Shown: in pieces, positions 40,844 through 50,940 of the stretch
Numbering within the stretch: the first letter of the stretch is position 1
Layout of the letters: every line of letters starts with the position of its first letter
Assembly (NCBI GenBank): GCA_041690035.1
Contig: JBDNFC010000046.1
Coordinates: 726 to 64,725 of the forward strand
Length of the DNA stretch: 64,000 bases
DNA from: Bacteroidia bacterium
GTDB lineage: Bacteria; Bacteroidota; Bacteroidia; NS11-12g; UBA955
Direction of reading: 5' to 3'
The notes under the pieces: generated by a model
Told to the model about the DNA's origin: nothing
What the model saw: only the letters and a program-made list of their open reading frames with translations
The model's database searches: none
Translations under genes and position numbers: made by a program

Positions 40844-41494
40844 ATGAAAAAACAATTATTATTTATTTGCTTTCTTTTTATTCAATTATTTGGCTATAGC
40901 TTAATATTAGACGACAAAAATAAGTTTTCTAAAGCTGCCAAGGAGCAAAATGAGCTATTGGATTACAGCGATGAGGCACACAGTAAAAAAATGTTAAAGA
41001 AAAAGCCAAAAACTAAACAAGATTCTAAGCAAATTCCATTAAATCTTAATGATAGCAAAAGTAAGAATAATATATTTATGTATCTATTATCATCTGCCCT
41101 TTTTATTATATTTATAATTTTTATTTATTTTATAATAAAGCAAAAAAAAGAGATTAAATCACTTTATAGTTCGGATAAGGAAAGTGATGATTTTGCAAAA
41201 CTGAATTTGAATGATACATTAAAAGATTATTTATTCAACGAAGATTACCGCTTGGCCTGTCGTATATTATACCTTCAATTGTTGCAAGATTTGGTAAAAT
41301 TAAATCTAATTTTTTGGCGAAATGAGAAAACCAACTGGGATTATTATCACGAAGCACAGGCTACAAAAAAAATCAATCAAGATAATTTGAATAAAATCAC
41401 ATTGCGCTATGATGTGCTTTGGTATGGGGAAAAGGTGCCGAGCCTGATTGCTTTTAATGAGTTTAAAAACCTAATTAATAATTATAAAAATTAA
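40844..41494 (+). CDS. DUF4129-domain protein
   Basis: DYRLACRILYL..L..L...NLIFWRNEKTNWDY..E...YDVLWYG. Confidence 0.8.
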   Translation: MKKQLLFICFLFIQLFGYSLILDDKNKFSKAAKEQNELLDYSDEAHSKKMLKKKPKTKQDSKQIPLNLNDSKSKNNIFMYLLSSALFIIFIIFIYFIIKQKKEIKSLYSSDKESDDFAKLNLNDTLKDYLFNEDYRLACRILYLQLLQDLVKLNLIFWRNEKTNWDYYHEAQATKKINQDNLNKITLRYDVLWYGEKVPSLIAFNEFKNLINNYKN

Positions 41495-42837
41495 TGAAGG
41501 TATATCAAAAATATATACTTTTTTTTGGCATTATTGGATCATTAATATTGGCTTTAATCTTTTTGGTAAAGCAATCAGAAAAAAAATATAATTGGAATAC
41601 CTATAATTTGGAGTACAATGATATGCAACCATACGGTTTTAGTGCCTTAAAGTCTACATTAAAAAACAGTTATAAAACGACATTATTTAAAGAGAAATTT
41701 GCTATTTCAGCTTTGTTGCAAAGCAAAGAACCAACAGATTACATAGCCACAGGCGACTATTTAACTTATAGAAAAAAAGAACTTGATACACTTTATGATT
41801 TTGTTAAAAGAGGCAATCGTATTTTTTTAGCTTATAATGATATTAGCGATACCGTGTTATTGCGTTTTGGCATTTTTGCACAATTGGCAAGTTTTAGAAC
41901 AAATTCAATACCCAAAATTAATGTTTTTTTGCAGAGCAATAATATTCTTGATTCTAATTTTTTCAGGGTTGGGGTAAAAGAGAATTATAAAGATGAAATT
42001 GCTATTTCTTGGAATTATTTCAACGAAAAATCGCTTAATAAGACTTTTGATAAACAAGCGATTAATTTATTTGAAAGTACCGAGAAAATTGATGATAGTA
42101 CAACTATTGATGAATCTGCAGATACTGAAGAGGTATTTATTGATGAGAATTATTTTTTTGGCAATGACTTTTTAAACGGAGTTACGCCTGTATTAAACCA
42201 TGAAAACTTGGCTTACATTGATAAGAAAGAGCAAGTAATAATGGTAAAATATAAAATAGGGGCAGGAGAGGTAATACTGTTGCACAATCCTATATTGCTT
42301 AGCAACTATTTTTTTTCAGAAGACAAATTATTTAATTTGCCCATCCAACTTTTAAAAGTTTTAGACAATGATAGGTGTTTGGTAGATATAGAGGCGCGTA
42401 ATTTTAAAATAAATAGTTTTGGTGTTAAGAGCAGCCAATCACCTTTAAAATATATATTGAGTAAAAAATGGTTTAAAATGTCGTTGTATAGTTTATTGAT
42501 AATTGCAGCAGTATTTATTTTCTTTACAAGTTTTAGAAGATTGCGGGTAATATCAATTTATCAAACGCCTCAAAACAAAAGCATAACAACCATAAAAAAT
42601 ATAGCTGCAATGCTTTATACTGCTAATAATCATACAACTTTAATTAATTATATGAAAACCAGTTTCGAATATTGGAAAGCACAGCAATCTACTAATGCCC
42701 TTAATAATTTGGCAGGCACTGCAAAAGAGGCATTCGATGTGTGTAACTTTATTTCAAACAAAGATATTTGGGAAAAAGAACAATTTTCTAAGTTTAAAAA
42801 GAACTTTAACTATTTAAAATCAATATATGCAAAATAA
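41494..42837 (+). CDS. DUF4350-like membrane-anchored protein
   Basis: N-terminal TM, YNW...DMQPYG, LYDFVKRGNRIF, GAGEVILLHNPILLSNY, C-terminal TM; operon context. Confidence 0.7.
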   Translation: MKVYQKYILFFGIIGSLILALIFLVKQSEKKYNWNTYNLEYNDMQPYGFSALKSTLKNSYKTTLFKEKFAISALLQSKEPTDYIATGDYLTYRKKELDTLYDFVKRGNRIFLAYNDISDTVLLRFGIFAQLASFRTNSIPKINVFLQSNNILDSNFFRVGVKENYKDEIAISWNYFNEKSLNKTFDKQAINLFESTEKIDDSTTIDESADTEEVFIDENYFFGNDFLNGVTPVLNHENLAYIDKKEQVIMVKYKIGAGEVILLHNPILLSNYFFSEDKLFNLPIQLLKVLDNDRCLVDIEARNFKINSFGVKSSQSPLKYILSKKWFKMSLYSLLIIAAVFIFFTSFRRLRVISIYQTPQNKSITTIKNIAAMLYTANNHTTLINYMKTSFEYWKAQQSTNALNNLAGTAKEAFDVCNFISNKDIWEKEQFSKFKKNFNYLKSIYAK

Positions 42838-43828
42838 TATAGAAATCGAAGATGGCCAAGCGCCACTAGAACAAACGGGCAGTGACACTTATGTATCAAA
42901 AGCCCTAGCTGATATAAAAACAGAGGTGGCCAAAGTAATAGTGGGGCAAGATGAGGTTGTAACACTCAGTTTTGCAGCACTTCTTATAGGTGGACACGTT
43001 TTATTAGAAGGCGTGCCTGGAGTTGCCAAAACCTTGATGGCTAAATCTATTGCAAAAGCAATGGATTTGCAGTTTTCTAGGGTCCAATTTACGCCAGATT
43101 TAATGCCAAGTGACGTAACAGGCGCGTCTATTTTTAATCTTAAAACATCTGAATTTGAGTTTAAAAAAGGGCCTGTTTTTACCCAAATTTTGCTGATTGA
43201 TGAAATCAATAGATCTCCAGCAAAAACACAAGCATCGCTTTTTGAAGTTATGGAAGAAAAGCAGGTTACAAATGATAACCATACCTATAAACTCAAATTA
43301 CCCTTTTTTGTAATGGCTACACAAAATCCGGTGGAACAAGAAGGTACTTATCAGCTTCCAGAAGCTCAGTTAGATAGATTTGTGTTTAAAATAATTGTCA
43401 AATTGCCCAGCCTGGAAGAAGAGGTGCAAATTCTGCAGAAGTACCAATCAGATTTTAAAAGCCAACAAATAGATACTTTAAATTCAGTAATCCATCCTGA
43501 TTTATTGCTAAAGTGTCAAGACGAAATAGAAAAAGTGATAATTTCAGAACAAATTATAAATTATATTGCCAAAATTGTAAGTGCAACGCGAATGCATGAT
43601 GATATTTTCTTGGGCGGCAGTCCTCGTGCATCGCTTAATATTATGAAAGCTAGCAAGTGCATTGCTGCTATAAAAGGGAGAAATTTTGTAATCCCTGATG
43701 ATGTAAAATATGTGAGTGGTTTTGTGCTATACCATAGAATAATATTGCAGCCAGAACGCGAAATGACCGGTGTAAAAGTAGAAGAAGTAGTGCAAGAGAT
43801 TTTTGCAAGTATTGAAGTACCTAGGTAG
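42827..43828 (+). CDS. MoxR-family AAA+ ATPase
   Basis: HVLLEGVPGVAKT, RVQFTPDLMPSD, DEINRSPAKTQASL, ATQNPVEQEGTYQLPEAQLDRF. Confidence 0.96.
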   Translation: MQNNIEIEDGQAPLEQTGSDTYVSKALADIKTEVAKVIVGQDEVVTLSFAALLIGGHVLLEGVPGVAKTLMAKSIAKAMDLQFSRVQFTPDLMPSDVTGASIFNLKTSEFEFKKGPVFTQILLIDEINRSPAKTQASLFEVMEEKQVTNDNHTYKLKLPFFVMATQNPVEQEGTYQLPEAQLDRFVFKIIVKLPSLEEEVQILQKYQSDFKSQQIDTLNSVIHPDLLLKCQDEIEKVIISEQIINYIAKIVSATRMHDDIFLGGSPRASLNIMKASKCIAAIKGRNFVIPDDVKYVSGFVLYHRIILQPEREMTGVKVEEVVQEIFASIEVPR

Positions 43829-43846
43829 TATTTTTAAAATATTTAA

Positions 43847-45169
43847 GTGTTAAAAATTTACCCAACATATAGATTTTATTTAGTGGCTTTGGGCTTGGGT
43901 ATTTCACTTTTTTTTGTGGAATTGTTTCCTGCTATTTTTACCCCATTAATCTTTTTTGCACTGGTGTTTTTGGGTTTTATTGGATTGGAAATTGCTCAAT
44001 TATTTTCTCAAAAGAAACCTTTTGCCATTTCACGCTTGTTGCGCACTAATTTGTCTTTAGGCGATAATGAAACTATTGTCTATTTCTTGCACAATCATTT
44101 AAAAGTGCCATGCCGAATAAGCATGTATGATAATTTGCCCCTTGCATTAGATAGAAGAGATTTTAAAATATCAAACAAATTTAAAAGTTTGGAAAAGAAA
44201 ACTATTCGTTATGAAATTATTGCAAATGTTAGGGGCGAATACATATTTGATTATATTGATATTTTTATTCGCCTAAATTTCGGGTTTCTAGAACGAAGGT
44301 TTGAGCAGCATTTGCCATTTTTAGCTAAGGTTCAGCCCTCTGTTATACAATTAAAAAAATATGCTTTGGCAAATATTAAAAACAGTGTTTTATTCTATGG
44401 AGTAAAAAAAGTAAGAAAAATTGGGCAGAGTTATGATTTTGACCACATTAAAAATTATGTTTTAGGAGATGACGTGCGCAGCATAAATTGGAAAGCCACT
44501 TCTAGAAAGAACGATTTGATGGTAAACCATTATGAAGATGAAAAATCGCAAGCGGTATATTGCATAATAGATAAGTCTAATGTGATGAATATGCCCTTTA
44601 ATGGCCTAAGTTTACTAGATTATGCTATCAATGCTTCTTTGGTTATTAGCAATACTGCATTGCAACATCAAGATAAAGCAGGTTTGCTTACCTTTTCGGA
44701 TACTTTAGGCAGTGTTTTACCCGCAGCCAATAGCAAAAAACAGCTTTCTATTATTAATGATCACCTTTACAATCAAAAAAATAGGACTACAGAATCTAAT
44801 TACTTACTTTTATATTATGCCCTTAAAAAATTAACAAGAAAGCGAAGCCTATTTTTTTTATTCACTAATTTTGAGTCTATGAGTTCTCTTGAAATTAATT
44901 TACCAATTATATCAAAGATTGCTAAACAGCATGTTTTGGTTTTAATTTTTTTTAAAAACACAGAAATAGAAAAATATTATAGTTTAGAAAATAATAGTAA
45001 AGCTGCAATTTATGAATATGCGGTGGCAGAAAAGTATCTTGCAGACAAGCAAAAAATGCTAGGTCTATTAAAAAATTATGGCATAAGATGTATCTATACT
45101 GATCCTAAAGATTTAACCATTAACACTTTAAATGAATATATCTCTTTAAAGGCTACAGGCTCAATCTGA
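43847..45169 (+). CDS. DUF58 (vWA-like) protein
   Basis: DFDHIKNYVLGDDVRSINWKATSR...MVNHYEDEKSQ; follows MoxR. Confidence 0.92.
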   Translation: MLKIYPTYRFYLVALGLGISLFFVELFPAIFTPLIFFALVFLGFIGLEIAQLFSQKKPFAISRLLRTNLSLGDNETIVYFLHNHLKVPCRISMYDNLPLALDRRDFKISNKFKSLEKKTIRYEIIANVRGEYIFDYIDIFIRLNFGFLERRFEQHLPFLAKVQPSVIQLKKYALANIKNSVLFYGVKKVRKIGQSYDFDHIKNYVLGDDVRSINWKATSRKNDLMVNHYEDEKSQAVYCIIDKSNVMNMPFNGLSLLDYAINASLVISNTALQHQDKAGLLTFSDTLGSVLPAANSKKQLSIINDHLYNQKNRTTESNYLLLYYALKKLTRKRSLFFLFTNFESMSSLEINLPIISKIAKQHVLVLIFFKNTEIEKYYSLENNSKAAIYEYAVAEKYLADKQKMLGLLKNYGIRCIYTDPKDLTINTLNEYISLKATGSI

Positions 45170-45222
45170 CATTAGTTACTTTGACATCACCAATTCTATA
45201 AAGAATGATAGAAAGCAGCAAG

Positions 45223-45933
45223 CTAAATCTCCCAATTCATTTCTGTCAAATTAATAGGCTGATGTGCAATAAATCCTTCACCCATTTCTGTATTTATCAA
45301 TCTTCCCATTTGTGCTGCTCTTCCATTAAAAAAATTTAAAAATGATTGCGATGATATTGGAGTTTCTGGCCCTTGATTAACAACATTGGGACTAAAAAAT
45401 TGCGAGTTGTAGCTTAGTATAACCTCCATTTTTTGAGAATAAATTTTGCTTATATCAATCACAAAATGTGGCGCCAAGTATTGGTCTTGGATATAATGAA
45501 ATATGTTTTTTGGTCTCATGGGTTTATCAGCTGTTCCCACATTAAATTTTGCCAAACCACTTAAAAATGCTGCATCAATAAGCAATGCAGCTGCTTCCCC
45601 ATGATCTCTGTGTCTATCTTGTGGTGCATTAATGAATATAAAATCTGGTGCAAACTTGCGAATTGTTTTTACAATGGCTTTTCTATTTTTTTCATTATTT
45701 ACAATATTTCCATCACCCATATCCAACTGCATACGTGCATCTAATTTTAATAAATGGCTTGCTGCTTTGCTTTCTAATGCGCGCAATGTAGCATCACCCC
45801 TAGTGCCTAATTCGCCTTTGCTCAAGTCGATGATGCCAGTCCAATGCCCTTTTTCTTTTAATTTAAGCAATGTTCCAGCTGCTCCCATTTCCACATCATC
45901 TGGATGTGCACCAAAAGCCAAAAATTTTAGCAA
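45223..45933 (-). CDS. bshB1: Bacillithiol biosynthesis deacetylase (PIG-L family)
   Basis: GAHPDDVEM, DLSKGELGTRG, DRHRDH, FHYIQD, ETPISS. Confidence 0.9.
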   Translation of the reverse strand: MLKFLAFGAHPDDVEMGAAGTLLKLKEKGHWTGIIDLSKGELGTRGDATLRALESKAASHLLKLDARMQLDMGDGNIVNNEKNRKAIVKTIRKFAPDFIFINAPQDRHRDHGEAAALLIDAAFLSGLAKFNVGTADKPMRPKNIFHYIQDQYLAPHFVIDISKIYSQKMEVILSYNSQFFSPNVVNQGPETPISSQSFLNFFNGRAAQMGRLINTEMGEGFIAHQPINLTEMNWEI

Positions 45934-45934
45934 A

Positions 45935-46465
45935 TTATTTTACTTTTATTTTAATGGTTTTGCTCATTGCAGGGCCATAGCTTAAGTGCGCTCCATTACC
46001 AAATTGCAAAGTTAGTGTATGTTCGCCTGGAGTAAGTTTTGTGTATTTTGCAATAGTAAGGGTATCTTTCAATTGCCCTTTTCCAAAATGAAAATAACCA
46101 TTTGCTTCTGCACCCATGGGTACCATTTGCCCAGCGGGGGTTGGCTGTTGGTCTACAAATAGATGGTGGTGCCCTTTATCTACATTAATAGGTCCTGCAG
46201 GCTCCACCTCCATGCCTTTTACCCCAAATTCTACAACAAATGGTAAACTTATTTCTTGTCCCTCTGTAAGATTTGGGAAATATATTGATTGATCTGCCCT
46301 GATTTCTACGGAAGTATTAATCGGTGCTGATTCATGATTATGCATGTTTGTATCATCGTTAAGGTCTTGATTTTCTGCCGATTTTGAAGCATTTTGGTTA
46401 CAAGCTGCTAAGGCTATTATGATTAGTGCGCTGTAAATTGATTTTGTTGTGGTTGATAATTTCAT
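45935..46465 (-). CDS. DUF4399-family lipoprotein
   Basis: Lipobox LAAC; FGVKGMEVEPAG...GHHHLFVD...HFGKGQ...LTPGEHTLTLQFGNGAH. Confidence 0.88.
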   Translation of the reverse strand: MKLSTTTKSIYSALIIIALAACNQNASKSAENQDLNDDTNMHNHESAPINTSVEIRADQSIYFPNLTEGQEISLPFVVEFGVKGMEVEPAGPINVDKGHHHLFVDQQPTPAGQMVPMGAEANGYFHFGKGQLKDTLTIAKYTKLTPGEHTLTLQFGNGAHLSYGPAMSKTIKIKVK

Positions 46466-46566
46466 CTGATTATTATTTTTGTTTGTCTTAAACTTTGCAA
46501 AGTTGATAAGATTAATGCATTAAAAAAAGAAAATAGTTTAATTTTGTTGTATAATTTATTGTAGCT

Positions 46567-48000
46567 ATGAAATATAAACATTTATTAATTTTAGGAATGA
46601 TTGGCTTTGTGAGTGGTATCGCTGGAGCTTTGGGAACTATTTGGCTACAAAAAGTTGAAAATCCTGCTGCCATTACTGAAGAAAATTTATCAAATAAATC
46701 TTTTTTTAAAAGGGTTTCTATGCAAAATTTTGCAGATAATTCTTTTATTGATGCCTCAAAAATAAGCACTCCAACAGTGGTATTTATAAAAACCGTTTCG
46801 CAGGCCACTATTAATGCTAACCCTTTTAGTTGGTTTTTTGACCCATATAGCAGCAGAAGTCAAGCAATAACAAGTACTGGATCTGGGGTTATTATTAGTA
46901 AAGATGGGTATATAGTAACCAACAATCATGTGATAGCTGGTGCCGAAAAAATAAGCGTTATTCTATCTGAACAAAAAAAAGAATATGTAGCTAGGTTAAT
47001 AGGTGCAGACCCAAGTACAGATCTTGCTTTGCTAAAAATAGAGCGTTCAGATTTACCTTTTGTTGCCTTTGCCAATAGTGACGCTGTGCAAATAGGAGAG
47101 TGGGTATTGGCAGTTGGAAACCCTTTTAATCTAACATCTACTGTAACTGCAGGAATTGTATCTGCAAAAGGCAGAAATATTAATATTGTTGATAATCAGT
47201 TTCCTATCGAAAGTTTTATTCAAACAGATGCGGCTATAAATCCAGGCAATAGTGGTGGCGCATTGGTAAATCTTAAAGGACAACTAATTGGTATAAATAC
47301 AGCAATTGCAAGCAATACTGGGTCATATAATGGATATGGTTTTGCAATACCAAGCAATATTGTAAATAAAATTATAAAAGATTTTATTGAATATGGAAAA
47401 GTATCTCGGGCATTTTTGGGAATTGAAACCGAAGATATAAACGATAAGCGACAAAAGGAGTTCAGTATTACGCTAGAAAATGGAGCATTTATTGCCTCTT
47501 TGCAAGAAGATGGGCCAGCCGAAAAGGCAGGGCTAAAAATTGGGGATATCATCACCGCTATTGATGCAAAAAAAGTAGATGCAAAATCTACCTATGATGA
47601 AGCATTGGCTTACTATAGACCTAATGATAAGGTAGAGGTAGAAATTAATAGAAATGGAAGTGTAAAAAAGTTTAGCATAGTGCTTATTTCTGCCGAAAAG
47701 GTAAAGCAATTGCAGTTTAAAAATGCAATACGAAGTGACCAACTTGGAGCAACTTTTTCGCCATTATCTGCTTTGGAAAAACAAAAATATGGGCAAGGTA
47801 TAAAAGTAACAGGGATTGAAAGGGGATTGATAGCTAATTATGGAATTACAGAGGGTTTTATTATTACTAAGTTTAATGGAAAAGTTTATGATGACCCCAA
47901 TTTATTTATTGCTGCATTTAATGCTAGAAATGGAAAGGTAGAAATAGAAGGCTTCGGGGCAGATGGAGGAAAACGTTTCTTATCCTATTTTGGCTATTAA
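46567..48000 (+). CDS. Do/DegP/HtrA serine protease with PDZ domains
   Basis: GSGVIIS.DGYIVTNNHV, DLALLKI, IQTDAAINPGNSGGAL, PDZ (GPAEKAGLKIGDII). Confidence 0.96.
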   Translation: MKYKHLLILGMIGFVSGIAGALGTIWLQKVENPAAITEENLSNKSFFKRVSMQNFADNSFIDASKISTPTVVFIKTVSQATINANPFSWFFDPYSSRSQAITSTGSGVIISKDGYIVTNNHVIAGAEKISVILSEQKKEYVARLIGADPSTDLALLKIERSDLPFVAFANSDAVQIGEWVLAVGNPFNLTSTVTAGIVSAKGRNINIVDNQFPIESFIQTDAAINPGNSGGALVNLKGQLIGINTAIASNTGSYNGYGFAIPSNIVNKIIKDFIEYGKVSRAFLGIETEDINDKRQKEFSITLENGAFIASLQEDGPAEKAGLKIGDIITAIDAKKVDAKSTYDEALAYYRPNDKVEVEINRNGSVKKFSIVLISAEKVKQLQFKNAIRSDQLGATFSPLSALEKQKYGQGIKVTGIERGLIANYGITEGFIITKFNGKVYDDPNLFIAAFNARNGKVEIEGFGADGGKRFLSYFGY

Positions 48001-48788
48001 TGATTTATAAATTAGCCCATAAAATTACTAAGCATTGGTTGCGGAAAAACTTGGGAAAAACCTCATTTGCACCCATTTTATTTGATTATAAAAATATTGT
48101 AAATGAAGGATTAAATTTTGGAAATGATGAACGCATAGAAATAGCAGAAAATTATTTAATTACCCATTTATCCCAGTTTTATAGCAGCCCGTTGGTGATT
48201 GATGTAGGCGCAAATATGGGCGAGTATAGCCAAAAATGTTTAAGGGGTTTTCTATCTCCCCAGATATATGCAATAGAGCCATGCAGCAGTAGCTTTGCCC
48301 AATTAAGCATTGTTTTAAATAGCCAAGTTAGCTTGCACCAAATAGCGCTGAGTGATTTTGATGGAAATGCTACAATGTATATTTCTGAGGCAAATAATAA
48401 ATTAAATAGTTTAATTAAAAGAACACATAGCAAACATTATTGGGAACAAGGTGAAAGTGTGCTTACCCAAACCTTAGATAGCTTTGCTGAAACCAAAAAT
48501 ATACTTTCTATAGATTTGTTAAAAATAGATGCAGAAGGATCAGAATATACTATCTTATTAGGAGCTTCGAACTTATTAAAAGGCAAAAAAATCAACCATA
48601 TTCAATTTGAATTTGGAGGCGCTATGCTCTCTTCAAGACATTTTTTTAAAGATTTTTATGATTTGCTAAGTCATAATTATCAGATTTTTTACTTGCTAAA
48701 TGATGGCATTTATCCTATTAATCAATACCACGAAAAACTCGAAAATTTTTGCGGTAATAATTTTTATGCAAAATTAAGACAAGATTAG
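48000..48788 (+). CDS. FkbM-family methyltransferase
   Basis: VIDVGANMGEYS, AIEP, TLDSF...IDLLKIDAEGSE..IL.GA, IQFEFG. Confidence 0.92.
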   Translation: MIYKLAHKITKHWLRKNLGKTSFAPILFDYKNIVNEGLNFGNDERIEIAENYLITHLSQFYSSPLVIDVGANMGEYSQKCLRGFLSPQIYAIEPCSSSFAQLSIVLNSQVSLHQIALSDFDGNATMYISEANNKLNSLIKRTHSKHYWEQGESVLTQTLDSFAETKNILSIDLLKIDAEGSEYTILLGASNLLKGKKINHIQFEFGGAMLSSRHFFKDFYDLLSHNYQIFYLLNDGIYPINQYHEKLENFCGNNFYAKLRQD

Positions 48789-48836
48789 TAGCGTTTTTCT
48801 GACATTGTTTTTTTCAGCGTGTAAATTATTTATTTT

Positions 48837-48968
48837 TTAATTATTCATAATTATTTCTTCTACCTTACTTAGAAACTGAGTATGAATTTGCTCCTTAAAA
48901 TCACTGTTATTTGCATTGTTCTTCACTAAAAAAGCATAGTGCCATGCCAATAAATCATTGTTTAACAT
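48837..48968 (-). CDS. Possible 43-aa small ORF or gene remnant
   Basis: Read manually as MLNNDLLAWHYAFLVKNNANNSDFKEQIHTQFLSKVEEIIMNN, in a 300-bp gap between convergent genes. Confidence 0.25.
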   Translation of the reverse strand: MLNNDLLAWHYAFLVKNNANNSDFKEQIHTQFLSKVEEIIMNN

Positions 48969-49089
48969 GAAGCATCACTTTGTCTTGCTTTTATTTTTAA
49001 AAATCTATGCGTTTTCAAAAATAACTTTCAACTATATTTTTAGTTTACAAAAGCAACGAAATGACACTAAACGAAGATGTAATAATTTT

Positions 49090-49854
49090 TTAAATCATTT
49101 TTTTTTCTATTTGGTATCCAAAAAGTGCGTAATCATATTTTACTGGGTCATTTGGATCAAAATTGGCTACAAATTGGGTAACTTCACATACGCCTTTCCA
49201 ATTGGGCTTAATATTTATTAGCTGCAAAAGCTCTGCAGCACTATTAACTACATGAACATCCAAGGGCATCATTAATTGGGATGGTGATATTTTATTCCAT
49301 ATACCAAAATCAACACCACTTTTATCTTTGCGCACCATCCACCTTAGGTACATATTTAATCTTTTGCAAGCAGAATTTTTTTTAGGGCTTGCAATGTGTT
49401 TTTGCGTTCTTAAAGGAGCATCAGATAAGCTAAAAAAGTAGCTATTAAAATTGCTCAAGGCATTATAAGCATCAAATTTTTCGTTGGCAGTGAAAAAAGC
49501 ATTTTCTAGGCTGTTGTGTTTTTGATAATGCAGTTTTAGAACCTCAATACAATAAAGCAAGTCTGTGGAATTAAAGGTTCGGTGTTTAATATCTTGCATT
49601 GAAATTAAATCTTTTGGTTGATGCTGAGTAATAAATTCATAGGGCGAATTATCCATTGCTGTTATAATTTTTTGGGCACTATTAATAATACTTTTTCTAT
49701 TGCCCCAAGCTAATATAGCTGCAAAAAACCCTGCTATTTCTATATCTTGTTTTAAACTAAATTGATGCGGGACAGAAATAGGGTCATTTTTTATAAAATC
49801 TAGGTGATTATAGGCTGCATATAATTCATTGAGCCTTTTTTCAACAGGGTTCAT
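49090..49854 (-). CDS. TIGR02757/DUF2400 family protein
   Basis: FIKNDPISVPH, AWGNRKSII, SACKRLNMYLRWMVRKD..GVDFGIW, PLDVHV, DPVKYDYALFG. Confidence 0.92.
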   Translation of the reverse strand: MNPVEKRLNELYAAYNHLDFIKNDPISVPHQFSLKQDIEIAGFFAAILAWGNRKSIINSAQKIITAMDNSPYEFITQHQPKDLISMQDIKHRTFNSTDLLYCIEVLKLHYQKHNSLENAFFTANEKFDAYNALSNFNSYFFSLSDAPLRTQKHIASPKKNSACKRLNMYLRWMVRKDKSGVDFGIWNKISPSQLMMPLDVHVVNSAAELLQLINIKPNWKGVCEVTQFVANFDPNDPVKYDYALFGYQIEKKMI

Positions 49855-49857
49855 GGG

Positions 49858-50940
49858 TTATAGTTTGCTCAATTTTGCCAATAAATAGGCGTCTGCCATT
49901 ACCAGCCAAGCCATCGCAGATACGAGTGCGCATGCACGCGGCACTACACATGGGTCGTGTCTCCCTTTGATAGCTATACTTATTTTTTCACCTTCGATAT
50001 TTATGGTGTTTTGTTTTGATGCAATAGTGGCAGTGGGTTTAAAAGCTACTTTAAAATCTATATTTTCTCCATTGCTAATACCGCCCAATATACCCCCACT
50101 GTGATTGTTTAAGGTGGTTATTCCACTTGCCTTCACTTTCAATATTTCATCATTTAACTCGCTGCCTTTATAAAGCGCAGCATCAAATCCTGCGCCATAT
50201 TCAAATCCTTTTGCTGCATTGATAGAAAGCATGGCCTTTGCCAACATAGCTTGTAATTTTAAAGATTGTGGTTCACCTAAGCCAGGGGGGCAATTTTTTA
50301 TTATACAACCAACGATACCTCCAAGACTATCTCCATTTTTCTTTGCCTTTTCTATTTCTTTTTCCATTTTTTTAGCAATGCTTTGGCTGGGGCATTGTAT
50401 TGTGCTTTGCATATTTTGCAGCTCTTGCCAACTTGGTTTTTTGCTTAGTTTATGTTGATAAATTTGGTAAACATACGCGCAAATTTCTATGTTGCTGACC
50501 GATTTTAACAACATGGCTGCAAATGCTCCTCCAATAGACCATGCTGCGGTCGTTCTTGCACTAGATCTGCCTCCTCCGCGATAGTCTCTTATGCCATATT
50601 TTTGTGTAAAGGTATAATCTGCGTGCGATGGGCGAAAAATGTCTTTGATAGCATCATAGTCTTGTGGTCTAGTATTTTCATTTTTTATACTTACAATTAT
50701 AGGTGCACCTGTTGTTTTTCCTTCAAAAATTCCGGAATCTATTGTTGGAATATCTGACTCTTGACGCGATGTAGTCAGGTGGTTTTGCCCTGGTCTTCTG
50801 GCATTCATAAAACCCTGCAGCAAGGCCTCATCCACAATTACTCCTGCCGGACAGCCATCTATGACAGCTCCAATAATATTACCATGGCTCTCGCCAAAAG
50901 TATGGATTTTAAAAATTTCTCCAAAAGAATTACTACTCAT
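49858..50940 (-). CDS. aroC: Chorismate synthase
   Basis: TFGESHG, RPSHAD, GGGRSSAR, FKPTATI, GRHDPCVVPRA. Confidence 0.98.
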   Translation of the reverse strand: MSSNSFGEIFKIHTFGESHGNIIGAVIDGCPAGVIVDEALLQGFMNARRPGQNHLTTSRQESDIPTIDSGIFEGKTTGAPIIVSIKNENTRPQDYDAIKDIFRPSHADYTFTQKYGIRDYRGGGRSSARTTAAWSIGGAFAAMLLKSVSNIEICAYVYQIYQHKLSKKPSWQELQNMQSTIQCPSQSIAKKMEKEIEKAKKNGDSLGGIVGCIIKNCPPGLGEPQSLKLQAMLAKAMLSINAAKGFEYGAGFDAALYKGSELNDEILKVKASGITTLNNHSGGILGGISNGENIDFKVAFKPTATIASKQNTINIEGEKISIAIKGRHDPCVVPRACALVSAMAWLVMADAYLLAKLSKL

